A stretch of 41,350 nucleotides of DNA from a virus (IMGVR_UViG_3300036770_005500:1-41350); one strand, 5' to 3'. Positions 27,275 through 36,941 are shown, numbered from the stretch's first letter. The notes: generated by a model from the sequence alone, not told the origin. Program-made: numbers and translations.

Positions 27275-30200
27275 TATGTTCTTCCTACGGAAATTGTGAT
27301 CATACCAACCGTTTCAGAATCATAATCTTCTACGGCTTTACCTATAATCGTACCAGCTTTGGGATCCTCTGCTGACACAGCGACACCTGGAATATCGCTG
27401 GTTACCAATAAATCTCCTTTGGTAATTTTTCCTTTAACTTTGCAAGGAACACGACCTTGTAACGCTATTTGGTTTTTGTGTCCCGGACATGCGCCATACA
27501 TTGAATATGCTGCATTGTCACTAACAACTCCTGCTACTCTTTTATCTTGATGTGTACAGGAAATAGTGACTTCTTTTTCTCCGCCAAATATTAATACAGT
27601 ACCTACTTCGTACTCTGCATCGCCTTCATAGTATTCGGCAAGGTCTGCGGCATATGTCGCTTGCCATCTGCTAGAACCAACTAAGGTCCAACTACCAGTG
27701 ACCGTTCCAGCCGTTCCCTCGGCACCTGCACTAATTGCGGTACAGCTTGTCAGAGTAGCCGCGGTAACTGTAAGAGCGCCGATGTTTATACCAGTAGAAC
27801 TTATAGTAGCATAAGTTGTCGAACCACTTTGGTTACGTATTATATGAGTATCGTTATTGTACAGAGTTCTTTGGTTGCCGACACCTGCACCAATTTGTAT
27901 TCCGGCAAAGCTGCTTCCACCACCACCATTGTAGCCTAATACTTCTGTATAACCAGTAGTACTGGTTAGTTCATTAGCCTTAATACCGTTATAGGTTCCT
28001 GTACTGGTTGTCTTAAGTTTTAAGATATCTACAGTAACTTCTCTTCCTGCAAAGTCAGCATTGGCATCTCTAATTACTAATTTGTTAGCATCTGCTGTTG
28101 AGCTGTCTTGTACTATGCCGTAGTGAGAATCGTCAAACCAGTTACCTGTGGTTCCATTAGTACGTTTCAAGTAACCTGTGCTGGCAGTAAACTGAGATTT
28201 TTTAACAGATAAACCTTCATTGACAATCGTAGAAAAACTCACCGTTGTAACGTTGGCAGATGAAGACGAAGAATTTCCTAAAACAGTGTCAGAGCCAATC
28301 TGCGGTAATTTTGCCAGAGTTAGACCATTGTCTTTAACTGTTAACCATCCGTTGGTGGCAGTGAACTGAGCGCTGTCAAAGCTAGCTAGACCACGGTCGG
28401 CCTGTGTGATACCTACAGCATTCGCCCTAGTAGTTGCCGCTGTCATATCCAATTTAGATTGGGCGATAGCTGCCGATGCATTAATATCAGCATCTACTAT
28501 GACATTAGGACTGATATCTGTCCTAATTACGTTCATAGTGCTGTCCCCGATCTGTATGTCAAATACCACATCACCTGTCGGAGTAAAGTTTGACATAACA
28601 TTGTTATCGCCAGTGAGTGCTACGATTTGTCCAGCTTGAATATTTGTAAATTCGAAAAGATCTGTACCGTCGGTGTCTTTGAGATTATTAATATTAATAC
28701 TATCTAATCTTGCTGCATCATCTAAAGCCGCCGGTTCGGCGAGATTGTTTATTTGGAATCCACCTAGATCCATGTCACCTTTCATTGGCAACACACCAGA
28801 AAGAGCCATAAATCCGCCTGTACCTGTGTTAGGAATTAAATTACCAGGCAACAATGCTGTTCCGTTTCGATCAGTGCCTAATCTTCTAGCAACGAATCCA
28901 ACGACCGCAGCCTCTGTGGGCACAGTGTCGTTGAACTCGTCGATCATTCTGTCGTCTGTTGAAAATTCCGATACTGTCGTACCTCTTTTGAATCCTAGAC
29001 CATCTAGCTGACTCAACGCGATACTTGCAGAGAAAGTAACGGTTCCAGTTCCTTGGTCAACTTTGAAGAACGGACCAACGGCAAAATTACCATACTGATC
29101 AGTTGTAACGAAAAAGCATCTGCCAACATCTCTTTCTTGTACCTGTGCTCTAGTGACTTCCGTTGTTACTCCAGTTTCGGCGTCTGTTTCTACGTCAGTG
29201 GCATACAATGGAACAGTGTTGAAATCATTCACTGCCAATCCGAAGATATCATTAGGATAGTTAGTGTCGGCATAACCTCCAGTACCGATCTCCAAGAAAT
29301 CATGGCTGGTTACTCTGACTAAGGCGATTCTAATAGTTAGTGTTCCGTTAGCTCTTACGCTGGGTACAGGCACACCCACTTTTAATGCTATAGGAGAAAT
29401 AGTGAAGATAGCACTGGTTACTAACGGTGTATCTAATGTTACAATTCCATAATCTTGGAATTCTACATAATTAGTAACCACATAACTGTCGCCTTCGTAG
29501 ACCAGTTCTCCATTTAGAACTCGTGTTTCGTCGACGTCTGGCAATTTAACCACAGCTATAGTATCCTGTCCTTGATCTCCGATTAAGTTACCAAATTTTA
29601 CGTTTGATCCTGCAGTGGTAAAATCAATTCTAGCACCTTCGACGGTAAATGCCACAGTTCCTGTAGCCGGACTACCGCCTGTGCCGGTAATTTCTATTTC
29701 TGTTGCTCCGACCACACCACTAATCGCTATCACTGCATCGCTAGGCAAAGTACCATAGGTTCCTGGAGTTGCAATAGTGCCACCAGTATCAGCGCCGGAC
29801 GGAGCAGAAGAAGCAGTATAATTTAAGGTGCTATTGGTTATTCCGGTTATAGTATAAGTTCCATTATATGCAGTATCAGAAAATCCGCTTACAGTAATTG
29901 AATTACCTAAAACAAATGGCTGTCTAGGCTGTGTGGCAAAAGTAAGGGTAACTGCTGTTCCAACAGCTGATCCAGAAACAGAAGTTATCGAAGGCACAGG
30001 AATCAATCTCATGCCTTCTTCCATGTTTGCTGTGCTTTTCAATCCTGTGATTCTTTGAGTCACAGTGTTATACAAACCTACTCCGATCTGCGAATGGAAA
30101 ATCGGAGGATTGCCGGTTATAGCGAATCTCGTATTAGCCACATAATCGTCTGAGATCACATAGTAGAATTCTTGTTCTTCTATTCCAGTAGGCACTGTGT

Positions 30201-33200
30201 CCGCGGTAAATGATATCTGTGTATGTGGAGCATATGTAGTCGCTGCTGTGATCCAGTCGTTGGCAGTATCTACAGTACCTGATATTAAACTACCGGGAGT
30301 CCTAAATGGTTGATATGCATACAGATCCAGCACAGCATAGTTGTAGTTTTCTCTTAATTGTGTCAAAGCTAAACCGTATGGACGTACTTTTGATACGCCA
30401 GTATAGCTGCCACCTGTGGACATATCTAAAGCGGCGCCAGCTCTGGTTGTAGATATCTTAAACGTAGTAGAGGTTAATCCATCGGCAATGACGTAATAGA
30501 TATCTCCGGTTTCTGGCGGAGATTCTATTTCTTCAATTATAGCATCAGGAAGCGTACCAGATATTTTTTCAATTTTTACAAGATATCCTTCAATCTGTCT
30601 GTGCGGGACAGTAGTAGTGATTAGGCCGGTTGACGTATCAATAGAAACGATTTCAAAGTCGTCTTTGTCATTTTGTATGTCGTAGTCGTTGAATTCTAGA
30701 ACCCTGTAGACGAATGCAGCATCGTTTAACACCAACGCAGTACTAGGTCTTGTGGCAACTTCTACCACATCACCAGTCAAGACAACGAACGCATTTTGTC
30801 TGATAGTGATTCTCTGTCCATGGGGAATAGCGTATTCTATTCCACCTGCAGAAGCAATGCCTAATCTAGCTATTTTTAAATTTACATCTTCTATGGCCGT
30901 AGCGGAAACGGAATATCTGGTTATCACATTATTGTGATTGATTTCTATCTCTGATCCAGGCAAAGGAAAGTAATCATCATAAACCACGTAAATTTGTGTA
31001 TCGGCTCTTTGATTAACGAAGCCGCTGCCTATAGAATAGACCGAAGCGCCGCTGGATAATTTATGATAAAGGCCTGCCGGGGTCGGAACTTCTAAAGGAT
31101 CTGATCCCTTAGCTACCAACGCATAATTTCCGTGAGAACTAGATCCACCGATAGATCTAATCTGGCCACCTGTGAGCGCGAAGTATGATATCTGTGTATA
31201 GTAGGTAAACATAGATACCGCTTCTGTTAATCCTCCATTAGCCACTACTAGACCGTAACCTAGATCATTAACCTGTGTATAGTCATTGCTCAACATAGAT
31301 CTGTTACCAGGCATCAAGATCTCAAACACTCTTCTATAAGTGTGGGTACCCGAGCCTGTATTAGTTGACGTTACAGGAGATGTAGATCCAAATAAATCAG
31401 TTATTTTAAATGTAGTCTCAGTGAAACCGTCTGATATAACATAATAGTCTTTGAATGTTTCTAAACCATCAGGCAGTGTTCCTGATGTCTTAAATTGCAC
31501 TATAGCTCTGATCTGTAGACTGTGGCCGCCAGCCACAGTGACTAAAATCTCGTCACCGGTCAGTGAGAATGTGCAAGTCACATCATTAAATACCTCAGTG
31601 AATGGAGTAGTTTCATCTAAAATTAATTGTGCCGTGCCGTAACCTCCTTCCGTAGTAGCAGAAGGATCGTCAGGCTCTACAATACCATAATTGTAATTTC
31701 TAATATAATTTACTCTGTAGATTATGTCACTGACAATAAAACTACAAGGTGTCTGTGGATTACGTAAAAAACCAGATGCATTTACTATCAACCCCGGAAT
31801 CGGAGGAGTTCCTACTGCTTCTGTGCTTTCGATAAAAAAGCGTTGATTGCCAGTAAAGCCGTCGACGAACATACCCCCGGCAAATGTCTTACGCCCTGTG
31901 CTTCGGCTAAAAGATGCCGATTCTTGGCAGTATGGGGATTTGGTAAGGATTTGTCCTTCCGGGTCCAACACCATCATAAAGCCGCCTTGGCCCTGCCCTG
32001 TTATCGCACGTATAATGTTGGCATCATTACACATAAACATATCCATCTGGACATTGTCTTTTGGATAGTTAGCAGCGCCACTGTTTTCTATGATATCTAA
32101 TATTACATCTATTAATTCTGAAATAATGGTGCTGGATCCAGTTTCGGCCACATACGCTTGGTCAACGATCTGATCATAAGAAACTGTTTCTGTATTATCG
32201 GGATCGGTCGGATCAAACTCGACACCAGCGAGCGTATAAATTGGATTTATCTGCGTATTGGAGATTACATCTTGCGCCAATGTATTGATCCTTGCGATCC
32301 CAGCCATAGTCTGCGACAATTGGCCTGGACCTATCGCTATCAAAGAACTTACACTTTGGAAGTATTTCAGCGCTGCCGAAATAGTTCTCGAGTAGCCTCC
32401 ATATTTTAAGTCGAACGCAAGAGCATCGATTATTAACCCTACATCTCTTCTACATAAATCTTCGTCGTATTCAAAACCTTCGAAATCGTCACCTGGATCA
32501 GCGGTGATAATTTGATTTCTGATCCAAGCAACTACTTGTTCTTTTATAAACTCTCTGTTTAGCAATAATATTTCGGCGGCTGCTCTTCTGTTTCCGTCAT
32601 TATCTATTAGAGGATAAACAGGTATAGTTGGATCGCTAAGATAATGGTAACCATAAGCCTGCTCTGCTACAGACATGCCGTCGAATTCTGGATCTCTTCT
32701 AAAATTCAAGAATGCCCAAGGACTGCTACTCATACCAGAATTTGGTGCGTTAGCTACTGCGGTACGTGGTCTAACTATGGTTCTTCTAAACTCGTCTCCA
32801 ATTATAGCAACGTTTTGTGGAATTCTTAATGGTAAATTTTCTTCGTAAATTCCAGATTCCACTAAGACTGCGATCTGTATTGGCTTGGTAACATCACCAT
32901 AACTTATTATTTCGCCTGTTAGGAACTCTCCTTGCAGGATGTCTACGTCGAATACCTCTGATTGCTCGAACCCTGTTTCAGTTGATAGTTGTCCGGTATG
33001 GGCTAGTATTTGTGCGATAGCCCCGGATGTTTCGCCTCTCAGCAGCAAACCTTCTCGTATATCTCTGGTTCTTAGCGCCGCAGGTCCGGTGCCTAAGTCC
33101 CCAGTAAAATCAGTTCGTAGGCCACCTGTAAATATAAAAAATCTCGGTAAACTGGCGGTAATATTAGGTAATGAAGTGTAACCGGAACCCTTGTTAGTGA

Positions 33201-34575
33201 CAGTTATGCCTTGTATTACACCGCCGATGACATTGGCCCTGGCTGCCGCACCAGTTCCGCCACCGCCAGAAAATGTCACGGAAACTAAACCGTAGCCGCT
33301 TCCTCCACCGCTACCAACTGTGACATTGTTTACCTTGTAAGTTATGTTAAATGTTGCGCCATTACCAAATGTGGACCCTCCTGTAGAACTGGTAGCAGTA
33401 GTTGTTACACCCACTGCTCCTGGCAGAGCAGTGTATACTCCAGACGTCAACACCTTGAATGTAACGATGGGACCTCTTCCGCCGGCTCCTGGAATCGCAG
33501 TCACACTTAACACTTCAATCCTTATAGGATTTACTCCAGGAGATGTTCCGCCTACTACAGTTAGTCTGTCTCCTGGCAAATATAGATTACCACCGTTAGA
33601 AAGGGTTATTACGTCAGAACTCATATTCACAGTGAATGTCGCAGGAGATCCCGGAACTCCATTTGTGAAATCAATCGCCTGTAGGTAGCAGTTTTCAGCA
33701 CCGTCGTTATAGGTTAATACCTTTTTATACGGACCCATTTCTATTGGTGCATCTAAAACTAACTCTTCAGCTTTCTTTAAGGCCGCTTCGATGGTTCTGT
33801 AGGCATAAGGTAATGCTCGTCCTTGTAATCCAGGTGCTAGATTGCTTCTATCGTCTTGACCTGAAGTCGCAACATATAAATTAACTGAACTACCGAAGCC
33901 CGAATTATCTACATATCGTTTCGTTGCAGCTATTAATCCGTCGTAGGTTTCATCATCTTCAGCTACAGGATTTCTAGATAGAATTAGCGGACCGGTCATT
34001 GTACCAAATCTAGTGTCAATTGCTCCTGTATCTGGATCAACTGCTTCAACACCTGCTAAGGATATCTTGCTATCTACATACCCTTTGTTAGCTGCTAATC
34101 TATCAGCAGATGCCGCTGCCACTCCGTGAGTAGCCTGCATTAGGGATTTAGCAGCAGCCGTTTCGGAAACGCTGCTTATATCGAGCATGTTTCCAATCGG
34201 ATATCTAACAGTTCCAGACTCGGCGCTTAAAGCTCCTCCTAGGTTAGGTCTAGGATCTCCGGAGATATCAGACAGCAAGTTTGTTAGAACTATTTGATTT
34301 TCATTAGATGAAAAATCGATTTGTAAACCAGCACCTGCGACTAACTGCCTGAATGAAACTCCTTCTTCAGTAGTATTAACTGTCAGCACAGCATTTTCTT
34401 GACCGACGTAGGTTTCCGGTGTGTCGTCTAGACCGATAAATCTTAATCTTTCGCCTAAACCAAGAGAGCTGTATAGTTCTCTAAAATTGTCGTTAACTTT
34501 ACGGAATGCATCTCGGATACTATCACCAGTGCCGTCGTTGCCAATGGTGCCGATGTCAATAGGTTTTCTAGCCAT
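27274..34575 (-). CDS. Giant tail fibre/spike protein (2433 aa) with a C-terminal intramolecular-chaperone (peptidase G2-like) domain
   Basis: gp9/gp10-like N-terminus, beta-helix entry G.YEE.LP.RIP..V.I.GD, and C-terminal ADLAEYY..GTVL..ALQGRVPCKV..GDLLV..IIGKA. Confidence 0.85.
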   Translation of the reverse strand: MARKPIDIGTIGNDGTGDSIRDAFRKVNDNFRELYSSLGLGERLRFIGLDDTPETYVGQENAVLTVNTTEEGVSFRQLVAGAGLQIDFSSNENQIVLTNLLSDISGDPRPNLGGALSAESGTVRYPIGNMLDISSVSETAAAKSLMQATHGVAAASADRLAANKGYVDSKISLAGVEAVDPDTGAIDTRFGTMTGPLILSRNPVAEDDETYDGLIAATKRYVDNSGFGSSVNLYVATSGQDDRSNLAPGLQGRALPYAYRTIEAALKKAEELVLDAPIEMGPYKKVLTYNDGAENCYLQAIDFTNGVPGSPATFTVNMSSDVITLSNGGNLYLPGDRLTVVGGTSPGVNPIRIEVLSVTAIPGAGGRGPIVTFKVLTSGVYTALPGAVGVTTTATSSTGGSTFGNGATFNITYKVNNVTVGSGGGSGYGLVSVTFSGGGGTGAAARANVIGGVIQGITVTNKGSGYTSLPNITASLPRFFIFTGGLRTDFTGDLGTGPAALRTRDIREGLLLRGETSGAIAQILAHTGQLSTETGFEQSEVFDVDILQGEFLTGEIISYGDVTKPIQIAVLVESGIYEENLPLRIPQNVAIIGDEFRRTIVRPRTAVANAPNSGMSSSPWAFLNFRRDPEFDGMSVAEQAYGYHYLSDPTIPVYPLIDNDGNRRAAAEILLLNREFIKEQVVAWIRNQIITADPGDDFEGFEYDEDLCRRDVGLIIDALAFDLKYGGYSRTISAALKYFQSVSSLIAIGPGQLSQTMAGIARINTLAQDVISNTQINPIYTLAGVEFDPTDPDNTETVSYDQIVDQAYVAETGSSTIISELIDVILDIIENSGAANYPKDNVQMDMFMCNDANIIRAITGQGQGGFMMVLDPEGQILTKSPYCQESASFSRSTGRKTFAGGMFVDGFTGNQRFFIESTEAVGTPPIPGLIVNASGFLRNPQTPCSFIVSDIIYRVNYIRNYNYGIVEPDDPSATTEGGYGTAQLILDETTPFTEVFNDVTCTFSLTGDEILVTVAGGHSLQIRAIVQFKTSGTLPDGLETFKDYYVISDGFTETTFKITDLFGSTSPVTSTNTGSGTHTYRRVFEILMPGNRSMLSNDYTQVNDLGYGLVVANGGLTEAVSMFTYYTQISYFALTGGQIRSIGGSSSHGNYALVAKGSDPLEVPTPAGLYHKLSSGASVYSIGSGFVNQRADTQIYVVYDDYFPLPGSEIEINHNNVITRYSVSATAIEDVNLKIARLGIASAGGIEYAIPHGQRITIRQNAFVVLTGDVVEVATRPSTALVLNDAAFVYRVLEFNDYDIQNDKDDFEIVSIDTSTGLITTTVPHRQIEGYLVKIEKISGTLPDAIIEEIESPPETGDIYYVIADGLTSTTFKISTTRAGAALDMSTGGSYTGVSKVRPYGLALTQLRENYNYAVLDLYAYQPFRTPGSLISGTVDTANDWITAATTYAPHTQISFTADTVPTGIEEQEFYYVISDDYVANTRFAITGNPPIFHSQIGVGLYNTVTQRITGLKSTANMEEGMRLIPVPSITSVSGSAVGTAVTLTFATQPRQPFVLGNSITVSGFSDTAYNGTYTITGITNSTLNYTASSAPSGADTGGTIATPGTYGTLPSDAVIAISGVVGATEIEITGTGGSPATGTVAFTVEGARIDFTTAGSNVKFGNLIGDQGQDTIAVVKLPDVDETRVLNGELVYEGDSYVVTNYVEFQDYGIVTLDTPLVTSAIFTISPIALKVGVPVPSVRANGTLTIRIALVRVTSHDFLEIGTGGYADTNYPNDIFGLAVNDFNTVPLYATDVETDAETGVTTEVTRAQVQERDVGRCFFVTTDQYGNFAVGPFFKVDQGTGTVTFSASIALSQLDGLGFKRGTTVSEFSTDDRMIDEFNDTVPTEAAVVGFVARRLGTDRNGTALLPGNLIPNTGTGGFMALSGVLPMKGDMDLGGFQINNLAEPAALDDAARLDSININNLKDTDGTDLFEFTNIQAGQIVALTGDNNVMSNFTPTGDVVFDIQIGDSTMNVIRTDISPNVIVDADINASAAIAQSKLDMTAATTRANAVGITQADRGLASFDSAQFTATNGWLTVKDNGLTLAKLPQIGSDTVLGNSSSSSANVTTVSFSTIVNEGLSVKKSQFTASTGYLKRTNGTTGNWFDDSHYGIVQDSSTADANKLVIRDANADFAGREVTVDILKLKTTSTGTYNGIKANELTSTTGYTEVLGYNGGGGSSFAGIQIGAGVGNQRTLYNNDTHIIRNQSGSTTYATISSTGINIGALTVTAATLTSCTAISAGAEGTAGTVTGSWTLVGSSRWQATYAADLAEYYEGDAEYEVGTVLIFGGEKEVTISCTHQDKRVAGVVSDNAAYSMYGACPGHKNQIALQGRVPCKVKGKITKGDLLVTSDIPGVAVSAEDPKAGTIIGKAVEDYDSETVGMITISVGRT

Positions 34576-34604
34576 AATTCACCTTAGAAATGTGTTTATT
34601 CCAT

Positions 34605-34640
34605 TATTTAGCCCAAAATTCTATAAGCCTAATGTAAATA
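34605..34640. promoter_or_regulatory. Divergent late promoters (TAAATA minus 34605-34610; plus 34635-34640)
   Basis: Both motifs sit in the divergent intergenic gap. Confidence 0.65.
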
Positions 34641-34644
34641 ACAG

Positions 34645-34932
34645 ATGTTCCTAACTACAGAGTTTGAAATAAATGTTTATGAAAGGCCTAGCAAAACTGG
34701 AGCAATTCACAGTTATCAAAGGAAAAGAACTGTTGCCTTGTTTAGGTGCGACAACTGTGATAACCTCTTTAAGAGAGATCTAAAACACATAGATAAAAAA
34801 AGATTAAGCAACAATTATTTTCATTGTTGCGTTAATTGTGACGCTAAGAGATTTGCACAGAGAAAAGGTATAGAGCGTAAAAAGATATGGGATATGCCTG
34901 CAGGTATAGATTGGCCAGTTAGCAAGTATTAA
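34645..34932 (+). CDS. Small basic zinc-finger-like protein
   Basis: CDNC..HCCVNC; ATG 4 nt after TAAATA. Confidence 0.75.
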   Translation: MFLTTEFEINVYERPSKTGAIHSYQRKRTVALFRCDNCDNLFKRDLKHIDKKRLSNNYFHCCVNCDAKRFAQRKGIERKKIWDMPAGIDWPVSKY

Positions 34933-35249
34933 ATTCTGAAGCTTTCCCCACACCCGCATCGATCTTTTTCTTGAGGATTAATAAACTCAAATCCTTCGTT
35001 CAGCCCCTTCTTTTGCCAATCCATTGTTATTCCATTGACATATACTAGACTTTTAGGGTCAACAAATACATTAACACCATTGCTAATAAATTTTAAGTCT
35101 TCTTCCTTAGGTAAATCGACAAATTCTAAGACATAGGCCAGCCCAGAACAACCTGTAGTTTTTACCCCGATGCGTATGCCGACACCTTGTCCTCTCCGAT
35201 CTAGATTCGTTTGAACTTTACTGGCCGCTAATTCTGTCAGTGTTACCAT
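34929..35249 (-). CDS. iscA: A-type Fe-S carrier IscA
   Basis: GCSGLAY and CGCGESF motifs. Confidence 0.95.
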   Translation of the reverse strand: MVTLTELAASKVQTNLDRRGQGVGIRIGVKTTGCSGLAYVLEFVDLPKEEDLKFISNGVNVFVDPKSLVYVNGITMDWQKKGLNEGFEFINPQEKDRCGCGESFRI

Positions 35250-35454
35250 AGAATAATTGTGCTAGACTTTTAAGTTGCTGTTCGCTTTTCATTATTTCTG
35301 GCTGATTAGTTGGGATACAAGCTGCTGTGAATCCTGCGGATTGATACCTCTCAACTTGCATTTGACAAGGTTCTAACGTTTGAAAAACAGCTTCAACTCT
35401 CCCTACATCCATTGGGACGACTACCAATGCCCAGTACATGATAAACTGTTCCAT
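35218..35454 (-). CDS. Hypothetical protein
   Basis: 78 aa ORF filling the iscU-iscA gap; two Cys. Confidence 0.55.
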   Translation of the reverse strand: MEQFIMYWALVVVPMDVGRVEAVFQTLEPCQMQVERYQSAGFTAACIPTNQPEIMKSEQQLKSLAQLFYGNTDRISGQ

Positions 35455-35456
35455 AA

Positions 35457-35846
35457 TTAATTTACCTCGCAGTGTTTTTTCTTATAATCCTCGATGGCCG
35501 CTTTGATAGCATCTTCCGCGAGGATCGAGCAGTGGATCTTGACAGGCGGCAGCGCAAGCTCAGTGGCAATTTCTGTGTTTTTGATAGTAGCAGCCTGGTC
35601 AAGAGACTTGCCCTTGACCCACTCCGTAACCAGCGAACTGCTCGCGATCGCTGAACCACATCCATACGTTTTAAAACGTGCATCGGATATAATGCCATTT
35701 TCGTCTACCTTTATCTGTAGTTTCATCACGTCACCGCAGGCCGGCGCTCCTACCATACCTGTTCCGATGTCTGGGTCGTTCTTATCAAAGCTACCAACGT
35801 TGCGAGGGTTTTCGTAGTGATCAATAACTTTGTCCGAGTAAGCCAT
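35457..35846 (-). CDS. iscU: Fe-S scaffold IscU
   Basis: HYENPRNVG, GAPACGD, GCGSAIASSS and LPPVKIHC motifs. Confidence 0.97.
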   Translation of the reverse strand: MAYSDKVIDHYENPRNVGSFDKNDPDIGTGMVGAPACGDVMKLQIKVDENGIISDARFKTYGCGSAIASSSLVTEWVKGKSLDQAATIKNTEIATELALPPVKIHCSILAEDAIKAAIEDYKKKHCEVN

Positions 35847-36029
35847 TTATTCTCCTTTTTCTTTCTTCCAAAGAGTCCAAGCACCATAACCTATGGCACC
35901 ATAGGCAACGATGCTGGCGATAGGTTCGAATACCAAGTACACTACACCAGCTCCGATAAGGACGATGCCGTCCCAGGATGTTCTTTCTTTAAGTCTCTGT
36001 GCGACCCATATCTTTACTAATTCAATCAT
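35847..36029 (-). CDS. Small membrane protein
   Basis: 60 aa with two hydrophobic segments after ERTSWDG. Confidence 0.7.
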   Translation of the reverse strand: MIELVKIWVAQRLKERTSWDGIVLIGAGVVYLVFEPIASIVAYGAIGYGAWTLWKKEKGE

Positions 36030-36597
36030 TTCGCTCTCCTTTTAATCTTTCGTTGACTACATTCCAGTCCACTATACGCCAAAAATTGTCTAGATATCGT
36101 TGTTTGTCGTGTTTGTAGTCTAAAATCCAAGAATGCTCCCAACCGTCCATGATCATCGCTATATCCATGCTGCGATTGTATTCGTGATTGTGTATGACTT
36201 TGATATTACCTTTACTGTCCATGTAAATCCAGTTTGAACCTTGTGCCTTCATGAACTCTAATGCAAACGCTTCTTTAAATTTATCAAACGATTGCCATTT
36301 ATTTTCTATTATTTCTTTGCTTATATCTATAGGACTGTTTCCCGATTTAGGTTCTCGAAGCTGCGGAAAGTATAAGTTGTGTAAAACTGCTCCGCCAAAA
36401 TTAAACTGATCATCACCTTCTTTTTTATTATAGCGATCTACATAACCTTTAGCCAGCTTGCCATAATGATAGTCAATTGTTTGTTTGCTCATAACAGGGT
36501 CGAGATCCTCGCGATCGTAAGGTAACGATTCCTGAGATAGCTTTTCTCTAGGTGATTCTGCTAAAACCACTATATCTACGTATTTTTTTATGTCCAT
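36022..36597 (-). CDS. sod: Fe/Mn superoxide dismutase family protein (divergent)
   Basis: LPY...L.P.MS..T..YH, LHNLYF, QGSNW and DGWEHS motifs. Confidence 0.88.
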   Translation of the reverse strand: MDIKKYVDIVVLAESPREKLSQESLPYDREDLDPVMSKQTIDYHYGKLAKGYVDRYNKKEGDDQFNFGGAVLHNLYFPQLREPKSGNSPIDISKEIIENKWQSFDKFKEAFALEFMKAQGSNWIYMDSKGNIKVIHNHEYNRSMDIAMIMDGWEHSWILDYKHDKQRYLDNFWRIVDWNVVNERLKGERND

Positions 36598-36601
36598 ACT
36601 G

Positions 36602-36616
36602 TATTTACGCTAAATA
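36602..36616. promoter_or_regulatory. Back-to-back late promoters TATTTA-CGC-TAAATA
   Basis: Minus 36602-36607 and plus 36611-36616. Confidence 0.7.
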
Positions 36617-36635
36617 ACCAACAAGGAGACTTAGT

Positions 36636-36941
36636 ATGGAAATTTTACTTGCACTAGCAGCAATCGTTGTAATCGGCGCTTTGATTTATTTTAACCGATC
36701 TGCAAAGGGCCTAGATGTTAACAACGACGGAAAAGTTGATCTAGCTGATGCTAAAGCAGCCGTTGAAAACGCAGTAGCAGGTGTGACTTCTGCCGCTGAT
36801 GTTAATAAAGATGGCAAAGTTGATGCAGAGGATGCTAAAGCGGTTGTCGAGAAAGCCAAAACAGGCGTTAAAAAAGCCGCTGTAAAGGCTAAAACCGCTG
36901 CCAAAAAAGCAACAACTAGAGGCCGCAAGCCAAAAGCCTAA
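36636..36941 (+). CDS. Membrane-anchored protein with two EF-hand/dockerin-like loops and a Lys/Ala-rich tail
   Basis: AAGGAG SD, N-terminal TM helix, DVNNDGKVDLAD and DVNKDGKVDAED. Confidence 0.8.
   Translation: MEILLALAAIVVIGALIYFNRSAKGLDVNNDGKVDLADAKAAVENAVAGVTSAADVNKDGKVDAEDAKAVVEKAKTGVKKAAVKAKTAAKKATTRGRKPKA

Noticed and set aside
19483-34654. Many 60-175 aa plus-strand ORFs within the structural genes
   Set aside because: Antisense shadows produced by Thr/Gly/Ser-rich codon bias; no SD, promoter or motif support.
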